From Podarcis tiliguerta (taxonomy: Eukaryota): a stretch of DNA of 64,000 nucleotides. The stretch lies in NCBI GenBank assembly GCA_965153285.1, contig OZ229110.1; one strand, 5' to 3'. The notes under the pieces are model-generated. The model made no database searches and was not told where the DNA came from. It saw only the letters and a list, made by a program, of their open reading frames with translations. The position numbers were made by a program, and so were the translations under genes. Shown here piece by piece: positions 34,464-47,300 of the stretch (within the stretch, counting starts at the first letter, position 1; each line of letters starts with the position of its first letter).

Positions 34464-35444
34464 TGTCTAACCCACGTTCTCCCTGTGCCTACTTAGATCC
34501 TCTCATAGACAAAAGCAGCAGCCTCTCACTCAGGAATGGCTCACCTGTGGCCCTTCAGATGCTGCTGAATCACAACGTCACATCACCCCTGACCATCCTG
34601 GGTGTGAGGCTGATGAGAGTTGGAGTCCAGCAAGTTTTGGAGGGTCACAACTTAGTCACCCACCTTCAGCCTCTTGCTCCAGAAAAGTTTCCTGGAACTG
34701 AGTGTTGCATATGACTGCAGTATCCACAGGAATGGTCATTCTCTAAAGCTCTAGGTCCTTTTACATAAGAAAAAAAAATTCTTCCAACCGCACATTTTGA
34801 GCAACTAAAATCAGGTCTTAAAAAAGAATTTCATTCATTCCAAATATTCATAGGAGGTACATGTGCACCTGCCGCACCCCCAAGTTCCCCCAATTTTGTA
34901 CATTGGAAAACATGTATCCCCCTCGTTTCCCCCCTCCCCAGGTCTTCATACCTCTGGTTCCCTTTTCCCTTCCTTATGAGCAATTTGCAACCAAGCCTTT
35001 GCAGGATGAATATTTTCATGTAATGTTTAACACTTTAACTGGCAGGGGACCATGGATGGGTGGGAAGGTGATGGTTTTGCAGAGCAACCGGCTACAGTTC
35101 CTTATTTTGCATGCTCGGATGCACCCCTTCCTCCCCTGATTTGTTAAAGGGCAGTGGCTCTTTCTTGACCTTATAGTTAATCCTGAGTCCACAGCAGCTG
35201 TGCCTTGATGCTAGAGCCCCTCACCAGCCCCTCCACCCCACTCCCTCTCAGTACTGCAAGTCATACTCCTGCTTGGCGAAGCCTGACCTCTGGAGGGCGG
35301 GGGGGGGGATGATGTAGTGCACAGCCCAGGCTCTGCTTGCTGTCACAACACTTTTCACTGCTGCCTGATTCACTCGGTGTCTGTTTTTCTCCCTCCTCCT
35401 CCTCCCCCCTCCCTCCTGTCCTGTCTCCTTGCTTGTCTCCCCAG

Positions 35445-35455
35445 GTGTGTTCTGA
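35445..35455 (+). CDS. DNAJB2: DNAJB2 short-isoform (HSJ1a-like) terminal coding exon, ...QHRAGVF*
   Basis: Long polypyrimidine tract, then ccccag|GT GTG TTC TGA. Joined to 30964 it gives GVF*, homologous to the human HSJ1a ending DVF*. Confidence 0.85.
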
Positions 35456-36678
35456 GTCTGGAAGAGCCATGGGAGAATTGCCTCTCTAGCACTCTGTGCT
35501 CCCAGAAGGCTACTCAAGCCTGGACTTCGCTTTCTGTTCCCTCCCTGAGCCCTGCCTGGGGGAACGATTGATGGGCAGGTGCCGAGTGTGTGACTTCCTC
35601 CCCGCTAGTTCTCTCTCTGCTGCGTGTCCTATAGCACTCAGTAGCTCCAAAGGGTCGGGCTCGGCGCAGCCCATCTTTTTTTAAAACAACAACAATGTAC
35701 TTGTAGCTATGCTGCTGCTGCTCCTGAATTAACAGCACCTATTGGTGGGGTTGAGCGGAGGTATCCCCAAGCCCCCCGCTGCCTGTAGCTCCCTTTTCAC
35801 CGGTGCCCTGTTCCCTTGCAAGAGAGGACCGTGGCTAAAGGAGCACGATGGACATTTTTCGCCGGACCATTTTATGAGTAAGTTATGAAGGAGACGGCGG
35901 TGCTGTGTGAACTGTGGTGGGCACAGGAAGTGATAAGCCTTTCCGATGCAGGTTGGCCTTCTGGTCCTCTTTAGCTCCTGCAGGGACTCTCTGGGCCGCA
36001 GCACAACAACACTCTTCCTGTTTATAGTGTTGACTGACTGATTGGGTGTGGGTAGGTGTGGAGGTGTTGGGACAGAAACCGTGGGAGAAGGGCTTCCAGT
36101 TTTAGCATAGAAGACTTTGTGCTCGAGAGCAGCTGTGGGCAACTTTTGGCCCTCCAGATATTGCTGGACCACAGTTCTCCTCAGCCCTGGCCACTGGCCC
36201 TGATGGGAACTACTGTAGTTCAGCAGCACCTAGAGAGCCAAAGATTCCCCCTCACCTCCACAGCAGCATTTCTCAGCCTGGTAGTCCATCAACATATGGG
36301 GAGCAATGGGGGTTGGACTCCCAGCAGCCACCTGCAGACCCAAGGGTGGGGGAGGCTGCTCTAGGGCCAAAGGGCTATAAACCAAATTTTCCCTCAGAGC
36401 GGCAGGGACGTCACTTTTCCAGACCAGGCCTTGCAGAGAGAGTGGGCGTGTAGTGTAGGCCTCTCATGCCAGGAAGGAGAGGGCAGGGGCTGTCTCTCTC
36501 TCTCTCTCCCTTTCTCTCTCTCCCCTTTCTTTCTCTCTGATCCCTTGGAGGAAATCCTCTCCCAGAAAGTAACAGGGCTGGAGTTAACTTGCTCAGTGTA
36601 TCTCTTGACTCGGGAGTGAGATTGATCTGTTTTGTAATTCAAAGCACTGGCCTGGTATATAGAGTGGAAAACATTGTC

Positions 36679-36684
36679 AATAAA
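36679..36684 (+). terminator. DNAJB2: Probable DNAJB2 poly(A) signal AATAAA
   Basis: First AATAAA I found downstream of the short-isoform stop; a second at 36775. Confidence 0.55.
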
Positions 36685-37121
36685 TTTATTTGCAATGAAT
36701 GCTGCGTCAGAATTTCATCGCTGGTATCAAGTACTTCAACTCACAAATACTGACATGTGCCAGCTAGGAAAGGAAATAAATGAGCCCCCTAGGGGTGGGG
36801 CTGTTGTCTGCCTTGACTCAAGCCAGATGCTGAGGATTGAACCTAGAATCTTGTTCATGCAATGCAAATGCTCTACCACGGACTTAAGGCCTCCCGTGTT
36901 CAGGCTGAGCAGCTGAAGGCAAGCAGTCCCCTTTGTATTGCTACCCTTTCAAGGAAGCAGCTCAGGGCAGTGAACGGGTTGTGTGCCTGGCATGCGTTGG
37001 GACACTTGGCCGCAGCTTCTGCAGCCCACAATGCAAATAGCGCTGCCCCACCCCCACCCCTTCTGGATGACACACAACATGAGTAGGCTGGGCTGCAGCT
37101 GCACAAACGCGACACAAAAAC

Positions 37122-37127
37122 TTTATT
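37122..37127 (-). terminator. PTPRN: Probable PTPRN poly(A) signal
   Basis: Minus-strand gtgAATAAAgtttttgtgtcgcgtttgtg: AATAAA followed by a GU/U-rich stretch, about 1.15 kb after the stop. Confidence 0.6.
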
Positions 37128-37318
37128 CACATCAAATACAAAATTAGATTCTCTAGAAATGTCTCTTGGTGTACGTAACATCACAGAGAGAAAGTGGATA
37201 GGGCAACATAGTGGGGAGGAGCAGGCATAGGTCCATCTCTCCCACGACACCCCGCCCCCTTTTTGGGAAAAGGAGGGAAAGGCTGCTAGGCTGTAAGTAA
37301 CGGGGAGTAGACATAGGG

Positions 37319-37448
37319 CAGGCATGGCCAAACTTGGCCCTCCAGTTGTTTTGGGACTACAATTCCCATCATCCCTGACCACTGGTCCTGTTAGCTAGGG
37401 ATGATGGGAGTCCCAAAACAGCTGGAGGGCCCAGTTTGGCCATGCCTG
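37319..37448. mobile_element. hAT-type palindromic MITE in the PTPRN 3'UTR
   Basis: 16-bp TIRs CAGGCATGGCCAAACT; 8-bp TSD acataggg/atataggg; internal ggactacaattcccatcatcc..ggatgatgggagtcc. Confidence 0.85.
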
Positions 37449-38281
37449 ATATAGGGGAAAGGAGCGATTGGGGTAGAAGCCTTGTTACGCTTTCCCCACT
37501 CTCACCTGTCATAGACCTAGGGACCCTTTGGGGGCTGCTCCAAATCGAGGGTGAGGAGATGATTGGAGGAGGAAGAGATGGAAGGGGCATGAGGACCACA
37601 TGATTTAATTAGATAGACTTCCCTAGCAGTGCCTTGTCGTGGATATTACCCGCGATTATGGCACAGGGACAAAGCAGCATTCTGTATAGACGAGGAGCCC
37701 ACATGCACCCACAAAGTCTACACCTCTCACCTTTGTAGAAGCAGGCACATCTACAGAGGCTGGACACACAAAGGAGGGTCCTTGGAAAACTTGCCTTGAC
37801 ACAGTGTCTGAGCGCAGAGCCCCTTGTATTGCTCTGTGGCACATCCAGCTATGTTTATTAGGGCACAGACTAACCTCCAAAGTGTGTCAAAGTACCCACT
37901 TCTCACTAACTAAGGGCTGCGTCCAGAGCAAGGGCAGTCAACCTCCAGAAGTTGCTAGACGACAAACTGGCTATTTGCAATGCTAGCTAGGGCTCCTGGG
38001 AGTTGTAGTTGCCCAGCAGCATGTGGAGGGCACAACACTGGCAACCCCTGTTCCAGGAGAACATGGGCAGGGTAGCACCCCACAGTATGAGGAGGGTTAG
38101 GGGCTGAGGAGTGGGGCAGGCAGGTGAGGGGCCACCACCCGTAGCTGAAATTCAGTCATGGTCGATAACATGGAAATAGACTTTATGAAGGAAGAACATC
38201 CCAGGCAAGGACACGGCACAGCAGAGGCAAAAGGGATCGAGTTGGGGGGAGTCACAAAGCTGGGGTACGCCGAGCGGGGCA

Positions 38282-38353
38282 TCACTGTGGCAGGGCCTTC
38301 AGGATGGCATTCACCTCCTCCGCCACGGCTGTCAGTGCAAACTCAAACTGGTC
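38282..38353 (-). CDS. PTPRN: PTPRN exon 23 (coding part)
   Basis: [23 protein letters not shown]. Confidence 0.95.
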   Translation of the reverse strand, partial: DQFEFALTAVAEEVNAILKALPQ

Positions 38354-41300
38354 CTGGGGATACATAAAAATCAGTCTGGGTGTCGGCATCCCCCACATTA
38401 TGTTCTTAATCCCCCTCACCTCAAAATTAGAAAAAAAGGCAGCAAAGATGAGGAACCTGTGGACTCCAACTCCCATCAGCCACTGCCAGTCCTGGATGCC
38501 AGGAGTTGGAGTCCAGCAACATCTTCTCAACAGAAGGGCGTGGGTAATGTGTGGCACTGCGGCTGGTGCTGCACTCCCATCAGTCCTAGCCAGCATGGTC
38601 AATGGGCAGGGATTTGGGAAGTTGCAGATTGGCAACATCAGAGGGATCTCACTTTCCTACCACTGCAGGTGTAAAGATGTACCTGGCCCTGCTTCACAGA
38701 AGGAGCTTTTGCCTGTTCTTGTTTTGACAATGCTTCTTGCTTGCCCAGATGGAGAATAAAGAGGTAGAGGGGGGAGTGTATGTGTGTGCGTAGAGAAGCT
38801 AACCTACTGTACAAAGGTAGACTTGAGCATCCTCACTCTGCCCACTTTTGTAAGCTTGGCCAAGAAGGAACACAGCGTCAGCCTACTCTAGATAGGGTTT
38901 GACAACCCAAAAGTCCTTAGGTTCTTCCTTTTTTTTTTTTTTTTACTTCAGTCCTCCTCATTCCAAACCTAGGCACTCTTATCTCCTGGGTAAAAACCCC
39001 CTGACCTTTAGTATGCCACCAAGCACCATGTCTGACCCCGCCCCCCCCCCCACACAAATAGGCAGGGGCAGAGAGTACAATGGTTGCTTGACTTAGGCCT
39101 CATCTGCACTACACATACAAAGCCACATCAGACCACTTTAAACCACCACAACTTCCCCCACAGAATCCCAGGATCTGTAGCTTGTTAAGAGTGCTGAGAG
39201 CTGTAAAGAAGAAAGACCCCCTATTCTCCTCAAAGTGGTTGAACATTCGATTCCTCTTCAAAGGGGACTCTGAGAATTACAGCTCTGTGAAGGGAATAGT
39301 GGTCTCCCAACAATTCTCAGCACCCTTAACAAACTACAGCTGCCAGGATTCTTTGGGGGTTCGTGGCTGCTTGAAGTGACGTGATACCACTTTAAATGCA
39401 TAGTGCAGGTGGGGCCTACACTTCCCTTCCACCCTGTCACTGCCAGAAGGTCCCAATGCACTTTTATTCCATGCCCTCCAGGAACCAAGTTATGCCACCA
39501 GTGTCCACCCACAGCAGGTGTTTCAGGTTTTGCCCACAAGTAGTGGGCACAGGGCAGGGATAGCTCAGGTGATGCCTGCCAGATGTTGGCCTACAACTCC
39601 CGTCATCCCTGACCATTGATGATGCTGGCTGGGGCTGCAGAGCATTCCATTGGCTACCTGAAATCAAGCATCCCAACATACCTTTGTCTGCACCATGCCA
39701 GGTCGCTGATCTCGCACGTGCTCCAGGGTGGCTGCGATGTCGATCTCCTTCACACCTAGCAGGCAGGAGGAGAGGTAAAGTCAGAATCGAGTGAAGGGGT
39801 AAGAAGCAGTGAAGAGGAAAACTCCATACACTCATGAACAAAATGGTGGCTGTGGAATCTGAAGATAATCAGGGATAAATGCAGAAGAGACAGGAGGAGA
39901 TGGTGGGCTGGAGGCCTTCAAACAGCAGGGGCCTGTCTTTGTGCAGTAGTTTGTGCACCTGGAGGCTTGGCCAAGACCAGGTTGTGTGCATGGAATAGAC
40001 CTGCCTTCCCTCCCATCCCTTCTCACCTTTGGCCATTCGGTTCAGAACCATGTCGATAAGGATATACGTCCCGGTCCTTCCTGCGCCATCACTGCAAAAA
40101 GATAAGAGGTTTGGCACTGCTGCTGAGAACAACACAACAAAAGAGGAGATCCAGCTCTGCTGTTTCCCTCAGAAGGGGACCCTTTGACCTGACAGCACAA
40201 TTTAGTTCTATGACATGGGATGCTTCTGAGGGGCAAATCCCCCACCCAGCCTGGCAAAATCCATCACACTTTCCTGTATGCTTCTGAAAAGAACCGTTCT
40301 CTGTACCTCAGCAGGGTGGTGTTTCCACGGCAACACCACAACCAATTAGATTCAGCCTTCCCAGGGCATTACCTGCAGTGGATGACGATTGGGCATGAGC
40401 GGCCGCGGTAGCACTTGTTCACCTTCCTGCCGGAACAAGGAAAGGTTGGGATCAGAGAGAAGCCCTGCTTTGGGTTTCAACTGATCACTTAGAAGTCGCA
40501 GGGCAGATTAAGGCAATACCCTCCCCACCTCACTTACCAAGCCAAGCAGAACTAGGAATGGGTGCAAGGATGGTTCTCAGCAAGCTCAGCACCAAGTGGG
40601 ACCAAAACACTTTACTCCCAACTATCAGCAGTATACAGGCAGGAGGACACTGTGTACAGATGGAACTTTGCAAAGTCAACTGGCAGAGATCCTCCTATGT
40701 GGCCCATGGGACATTTTCCAAAACGTCAAAAAAAGGTGAAAGTGCAGAAGCCTCCAAGAGGCATGGAGCCTAAAATGCTACTTTGCAGGACAAGTGCCCC
40801 TTTTCAAAGCCCGTTCCAAGTGTCTCCCAGTAATCCCCCAAATGGATTTTTCAAATTTGGTTCATCACATTGGATTCTCAATCCTCTTCACCCACCAAAA
40901 ATGCTATTTTAAAAATCACATACTAATTGATCCACTGGAGAGCAAAATGTCATTCTGTTTAATCCGCCCCCTGCAACATACCATTAAATAACCCAAGTAT
41001 TACCTTCATGAGTGCATTAAAGCAATCCGATTACTATGATGCACATGGTAAAATGCAGTGAACAAGTGACTGAGATTGCTTGCACCAGTCTATATATTTT
41101 CCGTAACAAATACATTTATTTCACATTTACACATCCAATATGAAACGCGTATCCTTCACATGACCAGTGTTCCAATGTAGCAACATGAGAACCCTTTGTT
41201 TTGTTATTTGGGGTCCTTTTCACAGCTACACATCTGATTCCACAAAGTGAGTGATGCTGCTCTCATCCCTTCACCTTGATTGCTCTTCTGGAGGTGAAGA

Positions 41301-44300
41301 GCCTTGGTTTCTTGCTAGTTACAGAGTTTTTGCTGGCAAGGGGGAAATTTCTTTATTTTTGAGAGAGGAATTTATTCTATCCACACCATGGGGTGTCACA
41401 GATCAGCTAGTCAAATCGTGTGAACAATAAGAAGGAATTATGTCAAATGAATCTAATATATAGGTAAGATGATATTCTGGTGATTTGATTGCTGTACATG
41501 TTGAAGGGGGTGGGGCTGGATCAAAAAGGACACATTACTCTGCAGAGCATCAGTCAGGCAGCCTGACATTTTGGAGCACTTTGATATATATATATAAGGT
41601 TCCAAAACGCAAGTGCAGTATGCCAAAATATCTCAGAGGTGGGGAAGAAAACATATTATTGAAGATGTCTGCAGGCTGATTTGCAAAATTTCCGCCTGCA
41701 GCATTCAGCTGTGAAAAATACGATCTTATAGCAGGAAAAGGGACCCTGTGACCCTCCAGATGTTGTTGGGACTCCAACTCTCATCAGCCCCACCCAGCAA
41801 AGCCAATGGCCAGGAATGATGAGAGCCAGAGGCATTGCATCCACTGCCTGCAAGCTGCAGGTTTAACTGGCAGGCTATGAGCAAGGGACCTGCTCCGTAT
41901 CAAAGTGCCATTTCCATGTGCTCATGGTGGCAGAGTCATGGGCTCTTCACCCTCGTGGAACAAATCCCCTCTCTTGCCTTATGGCACAGACCCTCCATCC
42001 ACTCACAACCGCCACACGCAGCTTCCTTGTTCTCCAATGGCAATCTGCACGTTGGAGACTGGATCTAGTTTTGGGCCTCTTTTGCTCTGGTGGTCGAGGG
42101 CAGAGCAGGGAGGGAGGGCAGAAGGTGGAGCACGACAGCAGCTGAGGCCCTGTCTCGTTCCATGCAGCCAGCACGGCGGCCAATGATCACTTTTGTGACT
42201 ATGCAACTGGGCCAGGATTACTAGCTGCAAATCACAAAAATGACACTGGCGGCTGTGAGAGAGAAAAGAGAGAGGAAAAAGGAAGGAAGGAAGAAGAGGA
42301 GGAGGAGAGGTGGTGGTGGTGGTGGTGAAGGAGAGAGAGAGCGCAATGGTGTGATGCAGGCAGAGGAAAGAGTTAAGCGAGCGCCATAGGGAACTAGAGA
42401 GGCAAAGAGCCTCATACAGCAGCACCGACAGGACACAGATGGGAGAGAAAGGCAGAGCTGAGAGCAAGCTGGGATCCTCTCGTATTTCAGCTTGCTGAGG
42501 TTGGACATGTGCCCTGGGCCCCCAAATACAGCCCATTGGTGGGGGAAGCTGATAAGGCCACAGGAACCGTTGAACCCCAAGCCGTGACACCGGGATCCTT
42601 TCCTCTCTGTCATCTTCCAAGCCTGAAGCCACACAGAGAGTTTTCCTAATGGATCTGGAAATGCACAGCGGTGATTATCCCACTCCCAGAGGTGCCTCTT
42701 TTTGCAATGGCTGCCGGGGAAGCTAAGCAGCCCCACGTCCACACCCACCGCCAGCACAGATGTCAAGGCAGCAGGAGTCCCCTTGCGCAAGGAGGATGGG
42801 TGAATGCAGAGAGAGAGAAAGAGAGAGAGGCTTATTGGAGCACGCGGGAGGGACAAGACAGAGGGGATAAAACAGGTTAGAAGTAATTTGGAAGCAGGTT
42901 GCGTAAGATGGGCCAATCGCTCCAGACACAAACTCTCTATAAGGGGGAAATTTCGCAGTCTCCCTCTGCTCCTTTACGGTGTTTTCTCCATTTTTTTGCC
43001 CCATGCAGTGTTTTTATCCATTGGATCTCATCTCACTGTGAGGCTGGGTGGTGGGGAGAACCCACACAACATAGATCATAGCTGAATTTGGGACCCTCAC
43101 AAACATTGATCCTTGGCTGCTGTCAGAAAACATGCAGAATAATGACACATATTTGCATAGTTACCTTCATTAGACTAAGATAAGTGTGGGGACCCCTTTG
43201 GCCCTCCAATTAATGCTGAACAAACAGTTCACATCAACCCCAGCCACTGGCCATGCTTGCTGGGACTGATGGGAGCTGCATTTCAGCAACATCTGGAGGG
43301 CCAAAGGGTCCTCACAGCTGGCGTAAGACATCCCACTTGGTTTTCCCCATATGGAAACTGGACTGGGGAGGGAGGCAGTACAGGGGGCCATTTCCAGATC
43401 TTGGTAGGAGGTGGGGAGGAAGATGCCCAGCAAAGTCCAAAAGCCCCATTCTTTGAAGCCTGCTGTAACTAAAGCGAACATTCATTGCCTCTCAAAAATG
43501 CGTATCTCCATAACATTTCTTGTGATTCTGTGTTCATACTTCGCAATAATCAGGGGAAATGGCCAGTCCTGAAGAATAAATTGTATCTGGTGTGAACTGT
43601 GTTTCATACTGCACCTCAGTGGCACCCTTTTGAGTGAGGTGTGTAGAATTCAAAGGGTCCAGCTGCACACAACTCCCCTGTCTATATCTGAAGTGTGTGT
43701 TTCCGGTCACGAAACTTTTCTCACTTAATTAGAGGCATTCGGAGTCCCCCACCCCCCATCCTTGCCTGTTTTGAAGTGCGCATCTCCCCAAACGCGTTCC
43801 AGTTAAAGCATTCACAGGACTGCGGTGACGGTGCAGAGAGGCAATATCGTTACTACATGTAATTCCTGATTCATTCGTGACCTTGCAGAGCCTTCGTCAT
43901 TTGCACTACAAGTGTGGGCGCATGTGCGCGCACACCCAAAGTATCAAGCATCCTATACTAAATGCCAAATTATGCTTCCCCCACATCAGTACCTTCTGAG
44001 GTTACCTTTCTCTAAGGCTGATACTAAAGCTGAAAGGCAAAGGGTTCATCATCTACGTTAAGCGTCACTACCAGCCCACACACCACACTCTGACCCACAC
44101 AAATAATGCAGCACAGTGTGTAATTATGTTACTTCCAGGTACCCCTTAGCACTGCAGCCTCCATAGTCAGAGCGGATGCTCCACAGAGCTAAAGCCCAGA
44201 GGCACACTATTTCCCAACCATTACAGGGACTCTCAGCATGACTCATGCGCCAGAACATTCCTTCCTGCACAAAGTTAGCACCATCGGGCTAAATGCTGAC

Positions 44301-47300
44301 AGTTAAGAGAAAACGACACAGTCGGCATCAATGCAATTTACTTTTGAGTGACACCTCTAGTTCCCAAGTCTGGAGTGATGCAGGTAATTGGTTCTGGGAA
44401 TGGAGGGGGGGAAAGGCTGCTGAAGAGGACTTTGATGGCTCCCTTAGAGTCTTTGGGATGCAAGGAAAATGGAGTGCCTCAACACACAAAAATCAGCCTT
44501 CTCATGTGTATTGCAATGGGTAGGGAAGGAGATGGTACTGCAAGGGTCATCAGCACACATTATGACTCCGTTTCCACCGATCTTAACTGTGACCTGCCTG
44601 TGACACCCATTCTGAGGGGATGTCAAGCTCATGGAGGAAAAAGGCAGAGCTTTTGTCTTGGGTGCCTTCAAATGGCTCCAAGGGGCACAAGTAATGTAGT
44701 AGGTTAATTTGTGCCTTCTTTCTATGGTACTCAAGTTTTCCTCCCTTTCCCCTGAAGGCTTCCTAACACTGGTCCTGAAGACCTTCCTCTGGACCAGAAC
44801 AGCTAGGAAAGATTTGAAACATGGCCTAGCCCTTTTCCAGGAACTCAGCTATATAAGCTCTGACTCCTAACCCTCTTTGCCCAGGGCTGTCACACACACC
44901 ATGTGCCAGAGGCCCCGCCCAACATCTCATCCTAGTTGACCACTGAGGGGGGAGGCACAAAATCCCACACCTGCGGAAGTCGAGGAGAGGCCGTGTAGTG
45001 GTGGGGATGCCCTCTGCAGGCCAGCTCAGGAAGTGAAACTGTGTCAGAGTTCGTGTCTCCTGAGACTGGACATTCTTCAGGTAGAAGCTACGCACCAGGA
45101 AATCCTCACACCAGATGTGTTCGGAGACCAGGTTCACCTGTAAGGTGGGGACAGGAGGAGAGAGGGAGAAAAATAGCACATTAACTGAGAGGCCTTATCC
45201 TTCCCTAGCCAACTATACATAAGCCAACCAGCCCCCAATTTCCCCTGCTGCTATTCCCCCAGCCCAGCCCAGCCCAACCCCAATGCTTTAGTCTGCTCAG
45301 TCAATTGTAATTCCTTTCCTACCATTCCCCCAAGTGGCTAGAGCAGGAGTAGCTTGCGTGGTTCCTCTCCAGAAGTTGCAGGACTCCAACTCCCATCAGT
45401 CCCAGCCAGCGTGGCCAGCAGTCAGGGACCATGGGAGCCGGAGTCCAACAACATCTAGAGATTAACACATTGGCTCTCCCTGGACCAGGGGAAGTGGGAC
45501 TCTGTTCACCCCTGCAGTTGTCAGGCCCACGTAGGCCTTGTCTTGCTCTTCCCTCATGAGCACTGTGTCCATACAGCCAGCTGACTTGGGGTTTGTCTGC
45601 ACCATTTGGTTTTCACAGGCAGTTCCTCTCAGGGCTGTGGACCCAGCGAGTGTATCAACCAGGCAGCCCTTGCAGAAGTTACCTTGGGCTAATCACATCA
45701 CTTCCTGGCCCTTTGCAGGGTTACAGAATTGTGCAAAGCAGTAAGAGTTTGGGTCAGGGATGGCCAACAGTGTTACCTTGCGAGGCCACAAAGCAGTTTA
45801 GCACTCCGTGATTCAAGGAGTTTGTTTCCTTATGCTCTCCGTACATAGAAGAGGGCTTTTGCGTTGCCCAAGAGGGCTTAAGAACCAAGGATTTTGGTGG
45901 GCGGTAGGCAGCTAGCTACCCAGGATCAGGGAAGAGATTGTGGCAGGAGGAGGAGGAGGAGGAACTGGCTCCATAGCAGGTAGTTCTCTCGGACATGCTC
46001 CCAACTGGGGGAGGGGAGAGGTGCACATAAATGGTGTGCCCATGTGGGTGGGGCAGATGTCACAAGCCTTTCCCACAGAGCCAGCATCTCTGTGCTTCTC
46101 AGTACGGCTGTGCTCAGCTCAGTCACATAGCAGGGAGCTGCATGAAAAGGATGTCACTGCCGCTTTGTGAGACAAGAGGAAGCTAGGGAAGGGGCGCAGC
46201 TCAATGCAGAAGGTCCCCAGTTCAGTCCCCAGCATCTCCAGGTAGGGCTGGGAGACAGCCACTGCCAGTCAGTGTAGTCAGTACTGAGCTAGATGGACCA
46301 CTGTGCCACCTCAGTATGTTCCCTAGATGCCCATAAAAAGAGTGGCAACTTGGGATTCCTTTTCCTTGCATCACAAAAATATGAGACTGGGACAAGTTCA
46401 GGGATGCTGATCACAAAACAACTGTGTCCGCAGGCCCTTGGGCCACCGTTCGCCAGGCTCACCTCATAGATGTGGTACAGGGAGGAGCCCTCATCAGGCC
46501 AGTAGCGGTCACACTGCTTGACGCCGTCCTCCACTAGAGGGCTCAGCATGACAATGACGGTGCAGCCGTTCTCCCACACCATCTATGCACAAGCAACAGA
46601 CATTGAATCCCCAGCCCTCAAAATGCAAACACCCTTCTTCTCTAGACCAGAAGAAGGCAGAGTCCACAGCAGGTACTAAGGGACAGGTGTGGGTTGAGGG
46701 AATGGGCCCAGGTTGTATGTTCTCATAGGACAGAGTCACAGAGGATAAAGCTACTAATGGCTGCTAGTTACAAGGGCTGTTGGAGGCAGCATGCCTCTGA
46801 ATGCCAGACGCAAGCTGAGAGCTGTTGTGCTCAGGTCTTGCTCACAGGCTTCCCAGAGGCATCTGGTAGGCCATTGTGAGAAGAGGATGCTAGACTAGGA
46901 GGGCCTTTGGCCTGACCCAGCAGTGCTTATGTTCTTACAGGGCAAGTCAGAGACCAAAACCATCTAGCACACAAGAATGAAGAGGTTGTTCCTCTCCCTC
47001 CTGTCCAGGATGGGCCCCACCTCTACTTCATTTCCAGGTAGGATGTGAACCAGAGTGGCCTGAAAGCTACCTCAGGGCTGTGTGTAGGGCCAGACATCCA
47101 TAGCCACCCCATGAAACTTGGCACTGTGTCAGGCACAGAATTTAGTAAACATTAGCTTCAGTTTAAAAACAAAGCAAAAGGACAAGTTTCATTCCCTCAT
47201 GACTGCAGAGGTAAGCTTGGAAACGTACAGGCCATGGTCTAGCCAAATGAAGAATTTAGAGGGGAGCCAAGGAGGACTTTTACAGATTGAGCTCCAATGC

